Assembly: GCA_046297935.1 (NCBI GenBank)
Contig: JBKBHA010000004.1
Span: 297,447 to 361,446, forward strand
Source: Chitinophagaceae bacterium
GTDB lineage: Bacteria > Bacteroidota > Bacteroidia > Chitinophagales > Chitinophagaceae
DNA length: 64,000 bases
Reading direction: 5' to 3'
Positions 8,936 through 18,433 of the stretch are shown here, piece by piece. A program made the position numbers and the translations under genes. How positions within the stretch are numbered: position 1 is the stretch's first letter; each line of letters opens with the position of its first letter. The notes beneath the pieces were generated by a model. The model made no database searches and was not told where the DNA came from. It saw only the letters and a list, made by a program, of their open reading frames with translations.

Positions 8936-10396
8936 ATGAGATATATTTTTTTTGGCAGTTTTGTTGTAAGTTCTCTAAGCAGTATTGCACAAAAAGAAGT
9001 GCAACCTCTTATTGCAAAAGATACGTTCGCTGATGGAGGAGTTTTGCGTGGAGGGGTTAATGTGTCGAACAGTACTCGGGATATCAGTTTATCAATCGCT
9101 GGGGATGGTCTTTATGATCTTTCCGCTTTTAATGGAAATTCCTTTTCGGAAGCTCATGCTGAATTTAAAAGAAAGGGGTTAGCCGGTTTCGAAGCCGGGA
9201 TATTTCAATTTCAATCGCGCAGTCTGGACAATATGGATACTTCGTTTTTTGGAGATTGGCGGGGAGTTTTTCATTTAGAAAATGCAAAAGAGCTTCCTTT
9301 CAATTTTGCAATACAGGGGAAATCAATTGCTGATGCAAAAGTATTCTTCATAAATGGCGAGGAGCGATTCGAAAGCGGAGGCCTGCAATTGCAAGGCGAT
9401 TCCCTTTTTATACAAACCAGTCCATTCGATAACGAACTGGCTTTCTGCATTACTAACGATACGCTGAAGGGTGTGCTTCGACGGCGGGACCTCACGGGTA
9501 GGGCATTGAAAGTGAGTGCTACTCGCGGGGATTATCGCTTTTCGGATATCGGATTGGAAACGGATATTGACATATCAGGAACCTATGCCGTCTCCTTTAA
9601 AAATGAAAAGGGGGCTGATGAACAAGCAGTTGGGCTTTTTGCACAACATGGTCGACGTCTTAAGGCAACTTTTCTTCGTATTACAGGCGACTCCCGCTAT
9701 CTGGATGGCATCGTACAAGGCCGTCATTTTCGACTTTCTTCCTTTATAGGTTCAAGCCCTGTTCTATATGAGGGAGAAATTGTTACCGATAGTACACTAA
9801 AGGGGGACGTATTTTTTTCCAGGGGAAAGCAGGGTTTCGAAGCAATTCGTGATGAAGATGCAAGCTTGCCCGATGCTTACCAAATCACCTTATTAAAAAA
9901 GGGATATAGTACATTAGATTTTAAATTTCCAGATGTTGACGGGAAGATGGTATCTATTAAGGATGAAAAGTATAGAAACAAGGTTGTAATCGTGACTATT
10001 GGCGGAACCTGGTGCCCCAACTGTATTGATGAAGCTGCATTCTTGGCGCCATGGTATAAAGCAAACCGGACTCGAGGTATCGAGGTGATATCGATTCATT
10101 TTGAACGACAGACAGATTCGGCCTATATAAAAAAAGTGCTTACTCGTTTTCGTCAGCGATTTGATATCGAATACGATGAATTGGTGGGCGGAATAGCAGA
10201 CAAACAAAAAGTGGCAGAATCAATGCCAGCATTGAATGCCTTTCTTTCGTTTCCAACGACAATTTTTATCGATAAAAACGGAAAGGTTTCCAAAATCCAT
10301 ACGGGTTTCAGTGGCCCCGCCACAGGAATACATTATGCCAGATTTGTACAAGAATTTTCTGACTTGGTTGACAAGTTGGTTAACGAACGGCAATAG
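8936..10396 (+). CDS. TlpA/ResA-like thiol:disulfide oxidoreductase (thioredoxin fold, AhpC/TSA family) with a large N-terminal domain
   Basis: WCPNC active-site motif in GGTWCPNCIDEAAFL. C-terminal thioredoxin-like region. Signal peptide. Confidence 0.7.
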   Translation: MRYIFFGSFVVSSLSSIAQKEVQPLIAKDTFADGGVLRGGVNVSNSTRDISLSIAGDGLYDLSAFNGNSFSEAHAEFKRKGLAGFEAGIFQFQSRSLDNMDTSFFGDWRGVFHLENAKELPFNFAIQGKSIADAKVFFINGEERFESGGLQLQGDSLFIQTSPFDNELAFCITNDTLKGVLRRRDLTGRALKVSATRGDYRFSDIGLETDIDISGTYAVSFKNEKGADEQAVGLFAQHGRRLKATFLRITGDSRYLDGIVQGRHFRLSSFIGSSPVLYEGEIVTDSTLKGDVFFSRGKQGFEAIRDEDASLPDAYQITLLKKGYSTLDFKFPDVDGKMVSIKDEKYRNKVVIVTIGGTWCPNCIDEAAFLAPWYKANRTRGIEVISIHFERQTDSAYIKKVLTRFRQRFDIEYDELVGGIADKQKVAESMPALNAFLSFPTTIFIDKNGKVSKIHTGFSGPATGIHYARFVQEFSDLVDKLVNERQ

Positions 10397-10546
10397 GCAG
10401 TAGCATCGATGAAACTGAACAGGTATTTGCGATGGCAGTAGCTTCGACCTTTAGATTTTAAGGTAGCTATTCGAGTAATTCACGCCATATGTTGGTATTC
10501 TCTTTCGCCTGCGTTCAAAACAGTACCTTTACTCTAAACTACCGAA

Positions 10547-12139
10547 ATGAGAATACTCCAGCTTGTACTGTTACTTATATTGGCTAACCTAGCGGCCTAC
10601 TCCCAAAATCTGAAATCAGGCGGTGTGTTGATACCTGAACAGGCCAATATGGACATTCGCCATTATCAACTTAAAATTGCGCTTGATCCCGCTACTCAGT
10701 CTCTGACAGGTGATGTGGAAGTAAAAATGAATCTGAAAAACCAGGCAGCTTTGATTGTACTTGATCTCGTACATCTGCTGAAAGTTTCGCAGGTTTGGGT
10801 CAACAAACAAAAAGTCTCTGTGCGGCACGAGGGTGACCGCTTATTCATAAGTGCCGAAAAACCCTTTGCCGCCGGCGCCACAGTGGTGCGAATACAATAT
10901 GCCGGCAAACCAGGCATCGCCGAGCGGGCACCCTGGATCGGCGGATTTCAGTGGGAAAAAGACTCAAAAGGAAATCCCTGGATCGCGATAAGCTGCCAGG
11001 GAGAAGGAGCCAAAATATATTTTCCCTGCAAAGATCACCCCAGCGATGAACCCAACGAGGGTGCCGACCTGATAGTGACTGTACCAAAAGGTCTCACCGT
11101 AGCAGGTCCCGGTTTGCTGCAGTCTGTAAAAAACAAAGGAAGCCAGTCCACCTTTCACTGGAAAACCAGGTACACTATCAGCAATTACTGCATCGTATTC
11201 ACCGTGGGCAAATACAAGTTAGTTACCCGCAATTATACCAGTGTCGACGGCAACAATATTCCCATGCATTTTTATGTACTGGAGGAAAATGCCGACAAAG
11301 CCCCTTATCATCTCGAATTGCTGGAGCAGTCCTGCCGCGTGCTGGAAAAATATTTCGGAGAGTACCCCTGGGCGCGCGAAAAAATTGGTATAGCTGAAAC
11401 GCCACACCTGGGTATGGAGCACCAGACAATGAATGCATACGGCAACAAATTCAAATACACTAAGCTGGGTGGAAAGGATTTTGACTGGTTGTTGCATCAT
11501 GAGTTCGGACACGAGTGGTGGGCCAATAAAGTAACGAATAGCGATTGGGGCCATATGTGGATACAGGAAGGTATTTGTTCCTTTGGTGATGCTCTGATTG
11601 TGAGGGAACTGGAAGGGGAGGAAGCTTATCGCGCCCGAATGCGTCAGACTGCCCGGGCAGCCGGCAACAAATTGCCGATTGTTCAGGGCGACGAAGTGGA
11701 CAGTGACCAGGCATACTATGGAGATATATACGGCAAAGGCGCCTATTTCATGCATACTCTCCGATACGTGATGGGAGACGAGTTGTTTTTCCCGACATTG
11801 AAAAAACTGGCAACTGATCCGCAATTTACATATGACAATACTGTAGTGACCAAAGATGTGGAAACCCTTTTCAGCGGCGCCTACGGCAAATCGCTTCAGC
11901 CTTTGTTCCAGCTATTTTTGTATACAACCAACAAGCTGGAGTTACAATTGAAGCAGATTTCCGATAGCAGTTATCAACTTCGCCTGCTTAACCTCGACAT
12001 GAGTCTGCCGATGGAAGTGGACACCGATGCTGGTCGCCAAACGGTAACGCTGGGTAAGGATCCTCTTACCATCGTCAGCCGCCGTGTGCCGGCCATTGAT
12101 CCACAAGGTTTTTATATGAAAAAAATCGTGCTGGAATAG
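10547..12139 (+). CDS. M1-family zinc metallopeptidase (aminopeptidase N-like)
   Basis: HEFGHEWW HExxH motif plus downstream WIQEG glutamate. Signal peptide. Confidence 0.7.
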   Translation: MRILQLVLLLILANLAAYSQNLKSGGVLIPEQANMDIRHYQLKIALDPATQSLTGDVEVKMNLKNQAALIVLDLVHLLKVSQVWVNKQKVSVRHEGDRLFISAEKPFAAGATVVRIQYAGKPGIAERAPWIGGFQWEKDSKGNPWIAISCQGEGAKIYFPCKDHPSDEPNEGADLIVTVPKGLTVAGPGLLQSVKNKGSQSTFHWKTRYTISNYCIVFTVGKYKLVTRNYTSVDGNNIPMHFYVLEENADKAPYHLELLEQSCRVLEKYFGEYPWAREKIGIAETPHLGMEHQTMNAYGNKFKYTKLGGKDFDWLLHHEFGHEWWANKVTNSDWGHMWIQEGICSFGDALIVRELEGEEAYRARMRQTARAAGNKLPIVQGDEVDSDQAYYGDIYGKGAYFMHTLRYVMGDELFFPTLKKLATDPQFTYDNTVVTKDVETLFSGAYGKSLQPLFQLFLYTTNKLELQLKQISDSSYQLRLLNLDMSLPMEVDTDAGRQTVTLGKDPLTIVSRRVPAIDPQGFYMKKIVLE

Positions 12140-12231
12140 GTCAACCAGTGCGCTGCAAATTTGTTCTAATGCTGCCTTGGCAGGCTTGTTTGCCTGCCTC
12201 GGCAAGCCGAACAATCTTATCTTTGCAGCCC

Positions 12232-12984
12232 ATGTCTGAACCTCTGCCTCACGATCATATTATACCTTTTCGCGATTCGGAAAAGACGAAGAAGGAGCAA
12301 GTGGCCGAAATGTTTGATGCCATTGCTCCTCGCTATGATTTCATGAATCGTTTTTTGTCGGCCCGCACCGATATTGGCTGGCGACGCAAAGCTATTCGCC
12401 TTTTTCGTGATCAAAATCCTAAAGTTTTACTGGATGTAGCTACCGGCACGGCCGATATGGCTATCATGGCCTGTAAATTGCTGAATCCCGACCGTATCGA
12501 TGGCATTGATATATCGCCGCAGATGCTGGATGTGGGCAGGAAGAAGATTGAGAAAGAGGGACTTGCAGGAAAAATCCGCCTTCAGGTAGGGGATTCCGAA
12601 ACAATAAACTTTGCGGAAAATACGTTTGATGGCGGAATGGTAGCTTTCGGGGTGCGCAACTTTGAGAATCTGGAAAAAGGCCTCTCGGAAATAAATAGGG
12701 TACTGAAACCCGGAGCCCGGCTCGTAATTCTGGAGTTTTCCCGTCCACGTCAGCCCATTCGCAGCTTTTACAATATTTATATGAAATGGCTGGCACCGCA
12801 AATGGCCCGCTGGTTCAAGACAAATAAGGCAGCTTACCAATATTTAAATGAATCAGCCAATGCGTTTCCGGACAGGCAGCGGCTGGTTGATATTCTAAAA
12901 AAATGTGGTTTTACCGATACCCGTTACAAATCGTTAAGCTTAGGAATATGTTGCATTTACACCGGTTTCAAACCGTCGGCATAA
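12232..12984 (+). CDS. ubiE: Demethylmenaquinone / ubiquinone methyltransferase UbiE/MenG. Start trimmed to the ATG at 12232; the listed ORF begins at 12148.
   Basis: FDAIAPRYDFMNRFLSARTDIGWRRKA and LLDVATGTAD SAM-binding motif. Highly typical UbiE/MenG sequence. Confidence 0.85.
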   Translation: MSEPLPHDHIIPFRDSEKTKKEQVAEMFDAIAPRYDFMNRFLSARTDIGWRRKAIRLFRDQNPKVLLDVATGTADMAIMACKLLNPDRIDGIDISPQMLDVGRKKIEKEGLAGKIRLQVGDSETINFAENTFDGGMVAFGVRNFENLEKGLSEINRVLKPGARLVILEFSRPRQPIRSFYNIYMKWLAPQMARWFKTNKAAYQYLNESANAFPDRQRLVDILKKCGFTDTRYKSLSLGICCIYTGFKPSA

Positions 12985-13682
12985 AAATTTTTTCCGTAGC
13001 CCTGTTGCTGATGGCCAGCCTGACCGACCTGAAAGCACAGCGCCGCGAAATGTACCTCTACGATCACGATTACAAGCCCTACTATTTCGGTCTCACATTC
13101 AGCATCAACTCGGCAAGGTTTCATACACAAATGCACTCGCAGTTTCTTGCCAACGACAGTGTGTTGGTAGCCGAGCCCATGAATTCTGGTGGCTTTTCGT
13201 TGGGCCTCTCTGCTACTGCCCGCATTTCAGATCGCTTCCAGGTGCGTTTCAACCCGCAACTGTCCTTTCTGGAACGCAGCATCTATTATAAACTGAAATT
13301 TCCGGAAGGTGGAGAAACAGAGATGACCAAAACGGTTGAATCCACCAACGTATCCTTTCCTTTCCAATTGAAATTACAAAGCGACCGGATAGGTAATTTC
13401 CGTGTTTATCTGATGGGAGGATTTAAAGCCGATATTGACCTGGCCAGCAATGCGCGAGCAAAAAAGGCAGAAGACCTGGTGAAGATTAAACAGTTCGACT
13501 TCGGCCCTGAATTGGGCATTGGTTTCAATTTCTTTTTCCAAAGCTTCATTCTTTCCCCTGAAATAAAAATCAGCAATGGCCTCCCCAATATTCATAGCCG
13601 CGATGCCAGCCTGAAATACTCCAGCGTATTCGACAAGATTCAGTCGAGAATGATCACGTTTTCTATTCACATCGAAGGCTAG
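12948..13682 (+). CDS. Outer-membrane beta-barrel protein, possibly PorT/SprT-like. Start uncertain and overlaps the ubiE end.
   Basis: Signal peptide LLLMASLTDLKAQ, ~240 aa, beta-strand periodicity. Sits immediately downstream of ubiE. The PorT assignment comes from size and context only. Confidence 0.35.
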   Translation: MLHLHRFQTVGIKIFSVALLLMASLTDLKAQRREMYLYDHDYKPYYFGLTFSINSARFHTQMHSQFLANDSVLVAEPMNSGGFSLGLSATARISDRFQVRFNPQLSFLERSIYYKLKFPEGGETEMTKTVESTNVSFPFQLKLQSDRIGNFRVYLMGGFKADIDLASNARAKKAEDLVKIKQFDFGPELGIGFNFFFQSFILSPEIKISNGLPNIHSRDASLKYSSVFDKIQSRMITFSIHIEG

Positions 13683-13725
13683 ACGAATTATGCCTTTGGC
13701 AATGAGAAGACCTGGCGGCAGGAAG

Positions 13726-13970
13726 GTGTGCAAATGTGCAAATGTGCAGGTGTGCAAGTGTGTAATTGGAATTTGCTAATTTGTTAATTCGCTAACTTGA
13801 TTTTTATTGGCGAATCTTTCAATCAGCGCAATCTGCGTTAAAATCTGCGTGATCTGCGGGAAAAGAACTGTTGCCCTTAAGAAAGATTACAAACAGAGCA
13901 GACTTTCTGTTCCCACAGATGAAAAATCCACTTCCCACTCTCCACTCCCCATTCCCCACTTCCCCCTCTC
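13726..13970. repeat. Composite intergenic repeat element, copy 1. Left arm (TGTGCARR)x5, core with four ATCWGCG boxes + GGGAAAAGAACTGTTGCC ... CTGTTCCCACAGAT, right arm (CCACTYC)x6 = (GRGARTG)n on the other strand.
   Basis: Read directly from the sequence. It shares core motifs with the element at 54729-55322. It lies between two convergent 3' ends. Confidence 0.6.
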
Positions 13971-15711
13971 AAAAATCAAACTCTCTCCTAAACATATTCC
14001 ATCTCACCCCAAAGGAGACCACCGAAGTATTTTCATCGAAGACCGGGGCGGTGCGTGTTTTGGTACGCCGATAGCTCGCATTTAGTTCCAGAAAGAAATT
14101 TTCCCGCCATTCGTATTGAATCAGCAATGATCCGTACAGCACATTGGTCTTCCAGCCCGATCCAATTTTAAAGCCATAGTCCATGGTGCGATAGGGCGGT
14201 GTATTAGGCAGAAATATATTGCTGCCATAGTTGGCCGCACTCGAGTCGCGGCCCTGTACATAATACATTAGTCTTGCCTGTATGAGCCAGCGCGGAGCAG
14301 GTTGATAACGGGCCACGCCGATCCATTCGGAGAAATTGGCCATCAGTGGGTGTGCCAGGGGTTGATTATAGTGGGTATAGTTGGCCACCGAGTCGTTATG
14401 CGAATAGGTAAACGGCCTTACTGCGTTGTGTTCAATTTGAAGATCGAGGTTCTGAATGCGGAAGGCATCGATGTATTTGGCGCCAATCTGCCAGCCAAAC
14501 TTATTGGCCCACCAGCCATCAGCTGCCCTTATTTCCGACAACTTGAATTCGTCGAGCAGCAATTGCCCATATACCTGAAACTTCTTCGCAATGCTCGCTT
14601 TGAAATCAAGACCGGCAACGGCATTGTCGAAGCTGCCATTTTGTTGTTCAATGGATCGATAAAAGATAACAGGGTTCAGATACGAGAAATCGAATCGGTT
14701 GGGACGGCCAAATATTACTCCCTCAAAAAGTCCGATGTTCAGCCAGCGGGTAACATTGATATCGAGATGGTGCATGGCTGCGTATTTTTTCCCGATCAAA
14801 CGATCGCCGCCACGTTGTTCGGCATTTTGAAGTTCCAGAAACAGGTTCTGATAGTTGAATTTCCAGATTCGTGTATTGAGTTTTAAAAACAGCATATTGC
14901 TGCCAAAATCACTCAGAAAAAGGCTGCGCTGGCCATTGCCAATGAACTGTTTGTCGTATCCAAAACTAATATCAATGAATTTTGCAGCATTGAACGTAAA
15001 ATAACCTCGCGCATCGAAATAGTCCACACCGCCCGGATCTTTAAAGGATTTGTAAAAGCCATTGCCGGGAACAGCATCGCGCTCCGAAATAAACTGTTGA
15101 GCCCAGCTGGGATCGCGTTCCTGATTATCGGTCAGGTACGCAGCAAATCCAATTTTTTTACCAATCATTCCGCGCAGCGAAATACCACGGCTGTTGAGAA
15201 ACAAATGCTGATCATTGTCGGCTTCCCTGGAAATCACATACTGGAAAACCGGATTGATGACCAGGTTAAATTCGGGAGTATGAACTTCATATAAATTAGC
15301 CGGTGTAGTGTAGAAACGACGTGCAATGGGCTTGCGGCTTTTATAAAGTGCCCGCTCAGAATCGCTGAGTTCAACCAGGTTGTTCAGGTAAGCCCTTTCG
15401 ATATTGTAACGGTCCACTTTCGACAGTTCGGGATTGCCCGGGTTGGCCAGGTAACGACGAATGCCTTCTACCACATACTTCTGACGATTAAATGGCCTGG
15501 TCTTTGAAAAATTGAGAACCGAATCGTTGCCTGCCTTTATTTCAAGCCGCTCCATCAAACGATATGCTTTATCATCGCCGGGTAGAAATGTGGATTGGGC
15601 CTGCAATTTTGCGGCACAAATGCCAAAGGTAGTAGCGAGTAAAACAAGACCCCTGCAGAATTGGTTTTCAAGAAATCCTGTCGGTCTTACAAGGGTTTTT
15701 ATAAATTGCAT
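13969..15711 (-). CDS. Large outer-membrane beta-barrel protein (possibly Wzi/capsule-assembly-like). Function unknown.
   Basis: Signal peptide, ~580 aa, amphipathic strand pattern, C-terminal ...REFDF. No catalytic motif. Confidence 0.4.
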   Translation of the reverse strand: MQFIKTLVRPTGFLENQFCRGLVLLATTFGICAAKLQAQSTFLPGDDKAYRLMERLEIKAGNDSVLNFSKTRPFNRQKYVVEGIRRYLANPGNPELSKVDRYNIERAYLNNLVELSDSERALYKSRKPIARRFYTTPANLYEVHTPEFNLVINPVFQYVISREADNDQHLFLNSRGISLRGMIGKKIGFAAYLTDNQERDPSWAQQFISERDAVPGNGFYKSFKDPGGVDYFDARGYFTFNAAKFIDISFGYDKQFIGNGQRSLFLSDFGSNMLFLKLNTRIWKFNYQNLFLELQNAEQRGGDRLIGKKYAAMHHLDINVTRWLNIGLFEGVIFGRPNRFDFSYLNPVIFYRSIEQQNGSFDNAVAGLDFKASIAKKFQVYGQLLLDEFKLSEIRAADGWWANKFGWQIGAKYIDAFRIQNLDLQIEHNAVRPFTYSHNDSVANYTHYNQPLAHPLMANFSEWIGVARYQPAPRWLIQARLMYYVQGRDSSAANYGSNIFLPNTPPYRTMDYGFKIGSGWKTNVLYGSLLIQYEWRENFFLELNASYRRTKTRTAPVFDENTSVVSFGVRWNMFRREFDF

Positions 15712-15745
15712 GATAAGAATTTAACGGAATAACAGGCAATAAATT

Positions 15746-17089
15746 ATGCAAATATATCTGATTAAGAACATTCTGGCAGTCAACGAGGGCAGACAGTTCA
15801 GAACCGATGTGCTGATCAAAAACGGTCGTATTGAGCGGATGGATCCGCAAATTGACCCGGGCACTGCGCGTGTAACAGAGATTAATGGTGAGGAGCTGCA
15901 TCTTTTGCCCGGCGCTATTGACGACCAGGTTCATTTTCGGGAACCCGGCCTCACCCATAAAGCTACTATCGCTACCGAAGCCAAAGCGGCTGTTGCAGGC
16001 GGTGTAACCAGTTTTATGGAAATGCCCAATACGGTGCCACCTGCTTACACGATTGAGCTGCTGGAGGAAAAATATGCCATAGCCAGCAGAAATTCACTGG
16101 CGAATTATTCATTTTATATTGGCACATCCAACGACAATGCCGAACAAACACTAAGAGCCAACGAATTCAAGAATAAAATTTGCGGCATCAAGATCTTTAT
16201 GGGGAGTTCAACTGGCAATCTGCTGGTCGACAACCCGCTGATACTCGAAAAAGTATTTCGAGAAAGCGAAATGCTTATTGCTACACATTGTGAAGAGGAG
16301 TCCATCATCAAAGCCAATCTGGCTAAATACAAAACTCCGGGGAGAGAACTGATGCCTGCTGATCATCCTTTGATACGCGATGTGGATGCATGTTTTGAGT
16401 CTTCTTACAAAGCCATACAGCTGGCCATGAAGCACAACACCAGGCTCCACATACTCCATATCAGTACTGCAAAAGAGTTGCAGTTGTTTGGAAATATGCT
16501 GCCACTGGCGGAAAAGAGGATTACCGCCGAAGTGTGCGTGCACCATCTTCATTTTACAGCCGACGACTATGCCCGCCTTGGCAACAGGATTAAATGTAAT
16601 CCCGCTATAAAGGCGGCCGAAAACAGAGACGCTCTGTGGGAGGCGCTTAATGATGATCGGCTGGATGTAATTGCCACTGATCATGCGCCTCATACCTGGG
16701 AAGAAAAAATGGAGCCATACGAAAAGGCGCATGCAGGCCTGCCATTGGTACAGCATCCGCTGCTGCTCATGTTGTACTATGTGAAACAAGGTAAGATCAG
16801 TATTGAAAAAGTTGTGCAGAAAATGAGCCATGCGGTTGCCGAATGTTATCAGATCAAAGAGAGAGGCTACCTGCGCGAAGGTTATCATGCCGACCTGGTA
16901 ATGATAAATATGAATGAACCAAATACTGTAACACGCGAATCATTGCTCTATAAATGCGGGTGGAGTCCACTGGAGGGCTTTGAATTTCCTGCCAGCATTG
17001 AAGGTACTTTCATTAATGGACGACTTGTTTATGGAAAACAGGGTTGGGATGAGTCTCACACAGGTAGTCGTCTGGAATTTGACCGTTGA
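15746..17089 (+). CDS. pyrC: Dihydroorotase (class I, multidomain cyclic amidohydrolase)
   Basis: DDQVHFREPG metal-binding motif, DHAPH, ~447 aa. Typical class-I DHOase. Confidence 0.8.
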   Translation: MQIYLIKNILAVNEGRQFRTDVLIKNGRIERMDPQIDPGTARVTEINGEELHLLPGAIDDQVHFREPGLTHKATIATEAKAAVAGGVTSFMEMPNTVPPAYTIELLEEKYAIASRNSLANYSFYIGTSNDNAEQTLRANEFKNKICGIKIFMGSSTGNLLVDNPLILEKVFRESEMLIATHCEEESIIKANLAKYKTPGRELMPADHPLIRDVDACFESSYKAIQLAMKHNTRLHILHISTAKELQLFGNMLPLAEKRITAEVCVHHLHFTADDYARLGNRIKCNPAIKAAENRDALWEALNDDRLDVIATDHAPHTWEEKMEPYEKAHAGLPLVQHPLLLMLYYVKQGKISIEKVVQKMSHAVAECYQIKERGYLREGYHADLVMINMNEPNTVTRESLLYKCGWSPLEGFEFPASIEGTFINGRLVYGKQGWDESHTGSRLEFDR

Positions 17090-17112
17090 TCATTTGAAAA
17101 CAGCGCCCGCTC

Positions 17113-18429
17113 ATGCAAATCGATACTATTTCATTCAACGATATTGCGATCTTTCATACCGAAGAGGAGTTTTCAATTTTTCACAAATTGAACTTCACCC
17201 GTACAACCGGTGGCAAGGAATGGTTGCGCCGTTTTTTTACCGAACCATTTAGCGATCTTGAAAGGATACGGGGCACGCAGCGCATCATCCGTACGCTGGT
17301 GGAACATGTACACGATTGGCCCAATGATATCAGCAATGGGACCATACTGGTGATGGATAAATTTCTCGACTACTCGCTCGACCCCATTAGTGAAAGTGCC
17401 AACTCGCTCAACAATATATTTTACAAATGGCTGCACAGCGAAGATTATTCGATGGTAAAATATTCGGTGAGTCATTTCGCCGACTTCTACCGGGGCATGC
17501 GTCAGATCACAGAGTTGCTGAGCATCGTAGAACTACCTAAAAACATTCGGATCTACCTGGAGCGTGCCGAACAGTTGTTGCGGGAAGCACCACTTGCTGA
17601 GCTCGCCGCCACTGATAAAAAACGCAGGTTTACGCGAAATGAAAATTTGAGGTATGGCTATTTTTTGCGTGGACGTTATCGTAGCAGCACGCTGGAGCTG
17701 ATGGAAATATTTAGCCGACTCGATGCCTGGTACAGTATGGCAGTGGCTATGAAAACCTATCAGCTCTCTTTTCCTGAATTTGTTGAGCAGGAAACGCCGC
17801 TGGTGCAGGCGCAGGGACTATACCATGTCATGATTCCGCATCCCGTGCCTTATGATCTGCAAATGGATCCCTCTCACAATTTCCTGTTTCTGACTGGTGC
17901 TAACATGGCTGGAAAAAGTACCCTCATCAAATCAGTAGGGGCGGCAGTGTTTCTGGCGCATATTGGAATGGGCGTTCCAGCCCGACAAATGCGGTTGACT
18001 TTGTTTGACGGGCTTATCAGCAATATCAACGTGATGGATAATATCGCCCGTGGTGAAAGTTATTTTTTCAATGAAGTACAGCGTATAAAAAACACCGTGG
18101 AAAAAATCAACAACGGCCGCAAATGGCTGGTGCTGATCGACGAACTGTTTAAGGGTACCAATGTACAGGACGCTATGAAGTGTTCTACTACCGTTATAAA
18201 AGGACTGATAAAGATCAAAAATTCTCTTTTCATTCTTTCAACGCACCTCTACGAAATAGGCGAGGAATTGCAGCAATATCCGAATATTTCGTTCCGGTAT
18301 TTTGAAACACAGGTGGAAAATGATCAGCTTAGCTTTTCATACCAACTACGCGAGGGCATCAGTAACGACCGCCTCGGTTATGTGATCCTCAAGCGGGAAA
18401 AAGTAGTGGAAATGCTGGAGCGGCTTTGA
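17113..18429 (+). CDS. MutS-related protein with a MutS domain V ABC-ATPase only (not canonical MutS1)
   Basis: Walker A FLTGANMAGKSTLIKS and Walker B LVLIDELFKGTN, typical of the MutS ATPase domain. Lacks the mismatch-binding domains. Confidence 0.65.
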   Translation: MQIDTISFNDIAIFHTEEEFSIFHKLNFTRTTGGKEWLRRFFTEPFSDLERIRGTQRIIRTLVEHVHDWPNDISNGTILVMDKFLDYSLDPISESANSLNNIFYKWLHSEDYSMVKYSVSHFADFYRGMRQITELLSIVELPKNIRIYLERAEQLLREAPLAELAATDKKRRFTRNENLRYGYFLRGRYRSSTLELMEIFSRLDAWYSMAVAMKTYQLSFPEFVEQETPLVQAQGLYHVMIPHPVPYDLQMDPSHNFLFLTGANMAGKSTLIKSVGAAVFLAHIGMGVPARQMRLTLFDGLISNINVMDNIARGESYFFNEVQRIKNTVEKINNGRKWLVLIDELFKGTNVQDAMKCSTTVIKGLIKIKNSLFILSTHLYEIGEELQQYPNISFRYFETQVENDQLSFSYQLREGISNDRLGYVILKREKVVEMLERL

Positions 18430-18433
18430 TGGA

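Noticed and set aside
12148-12231. N-terminal 28-codon extension of ubiE/menG in the ORF track
   Set aside because: The conserved UbiE N-terminus begins at the ATG at 12232. The extension is Cys/Trp-rich and atypical.
13807-14085. 92-aa ORF spanning the 13.7 kb repeat element
   Set aside because: It overlaps the repeat core and the 3' end of the convergent outer-membrane gene. It is low-complexity and has no support.
16208-16888. 226-aa antisense ORF inside the dihydroorotase gene, and similar long antisense ORFs (11219-11824, 19385-19762, 46963-47571, 49285-49890, 60859-61581)
   Set aside because: They lie entirely within well-supported genes on the opposite strand. They are typical shadow ORFs.
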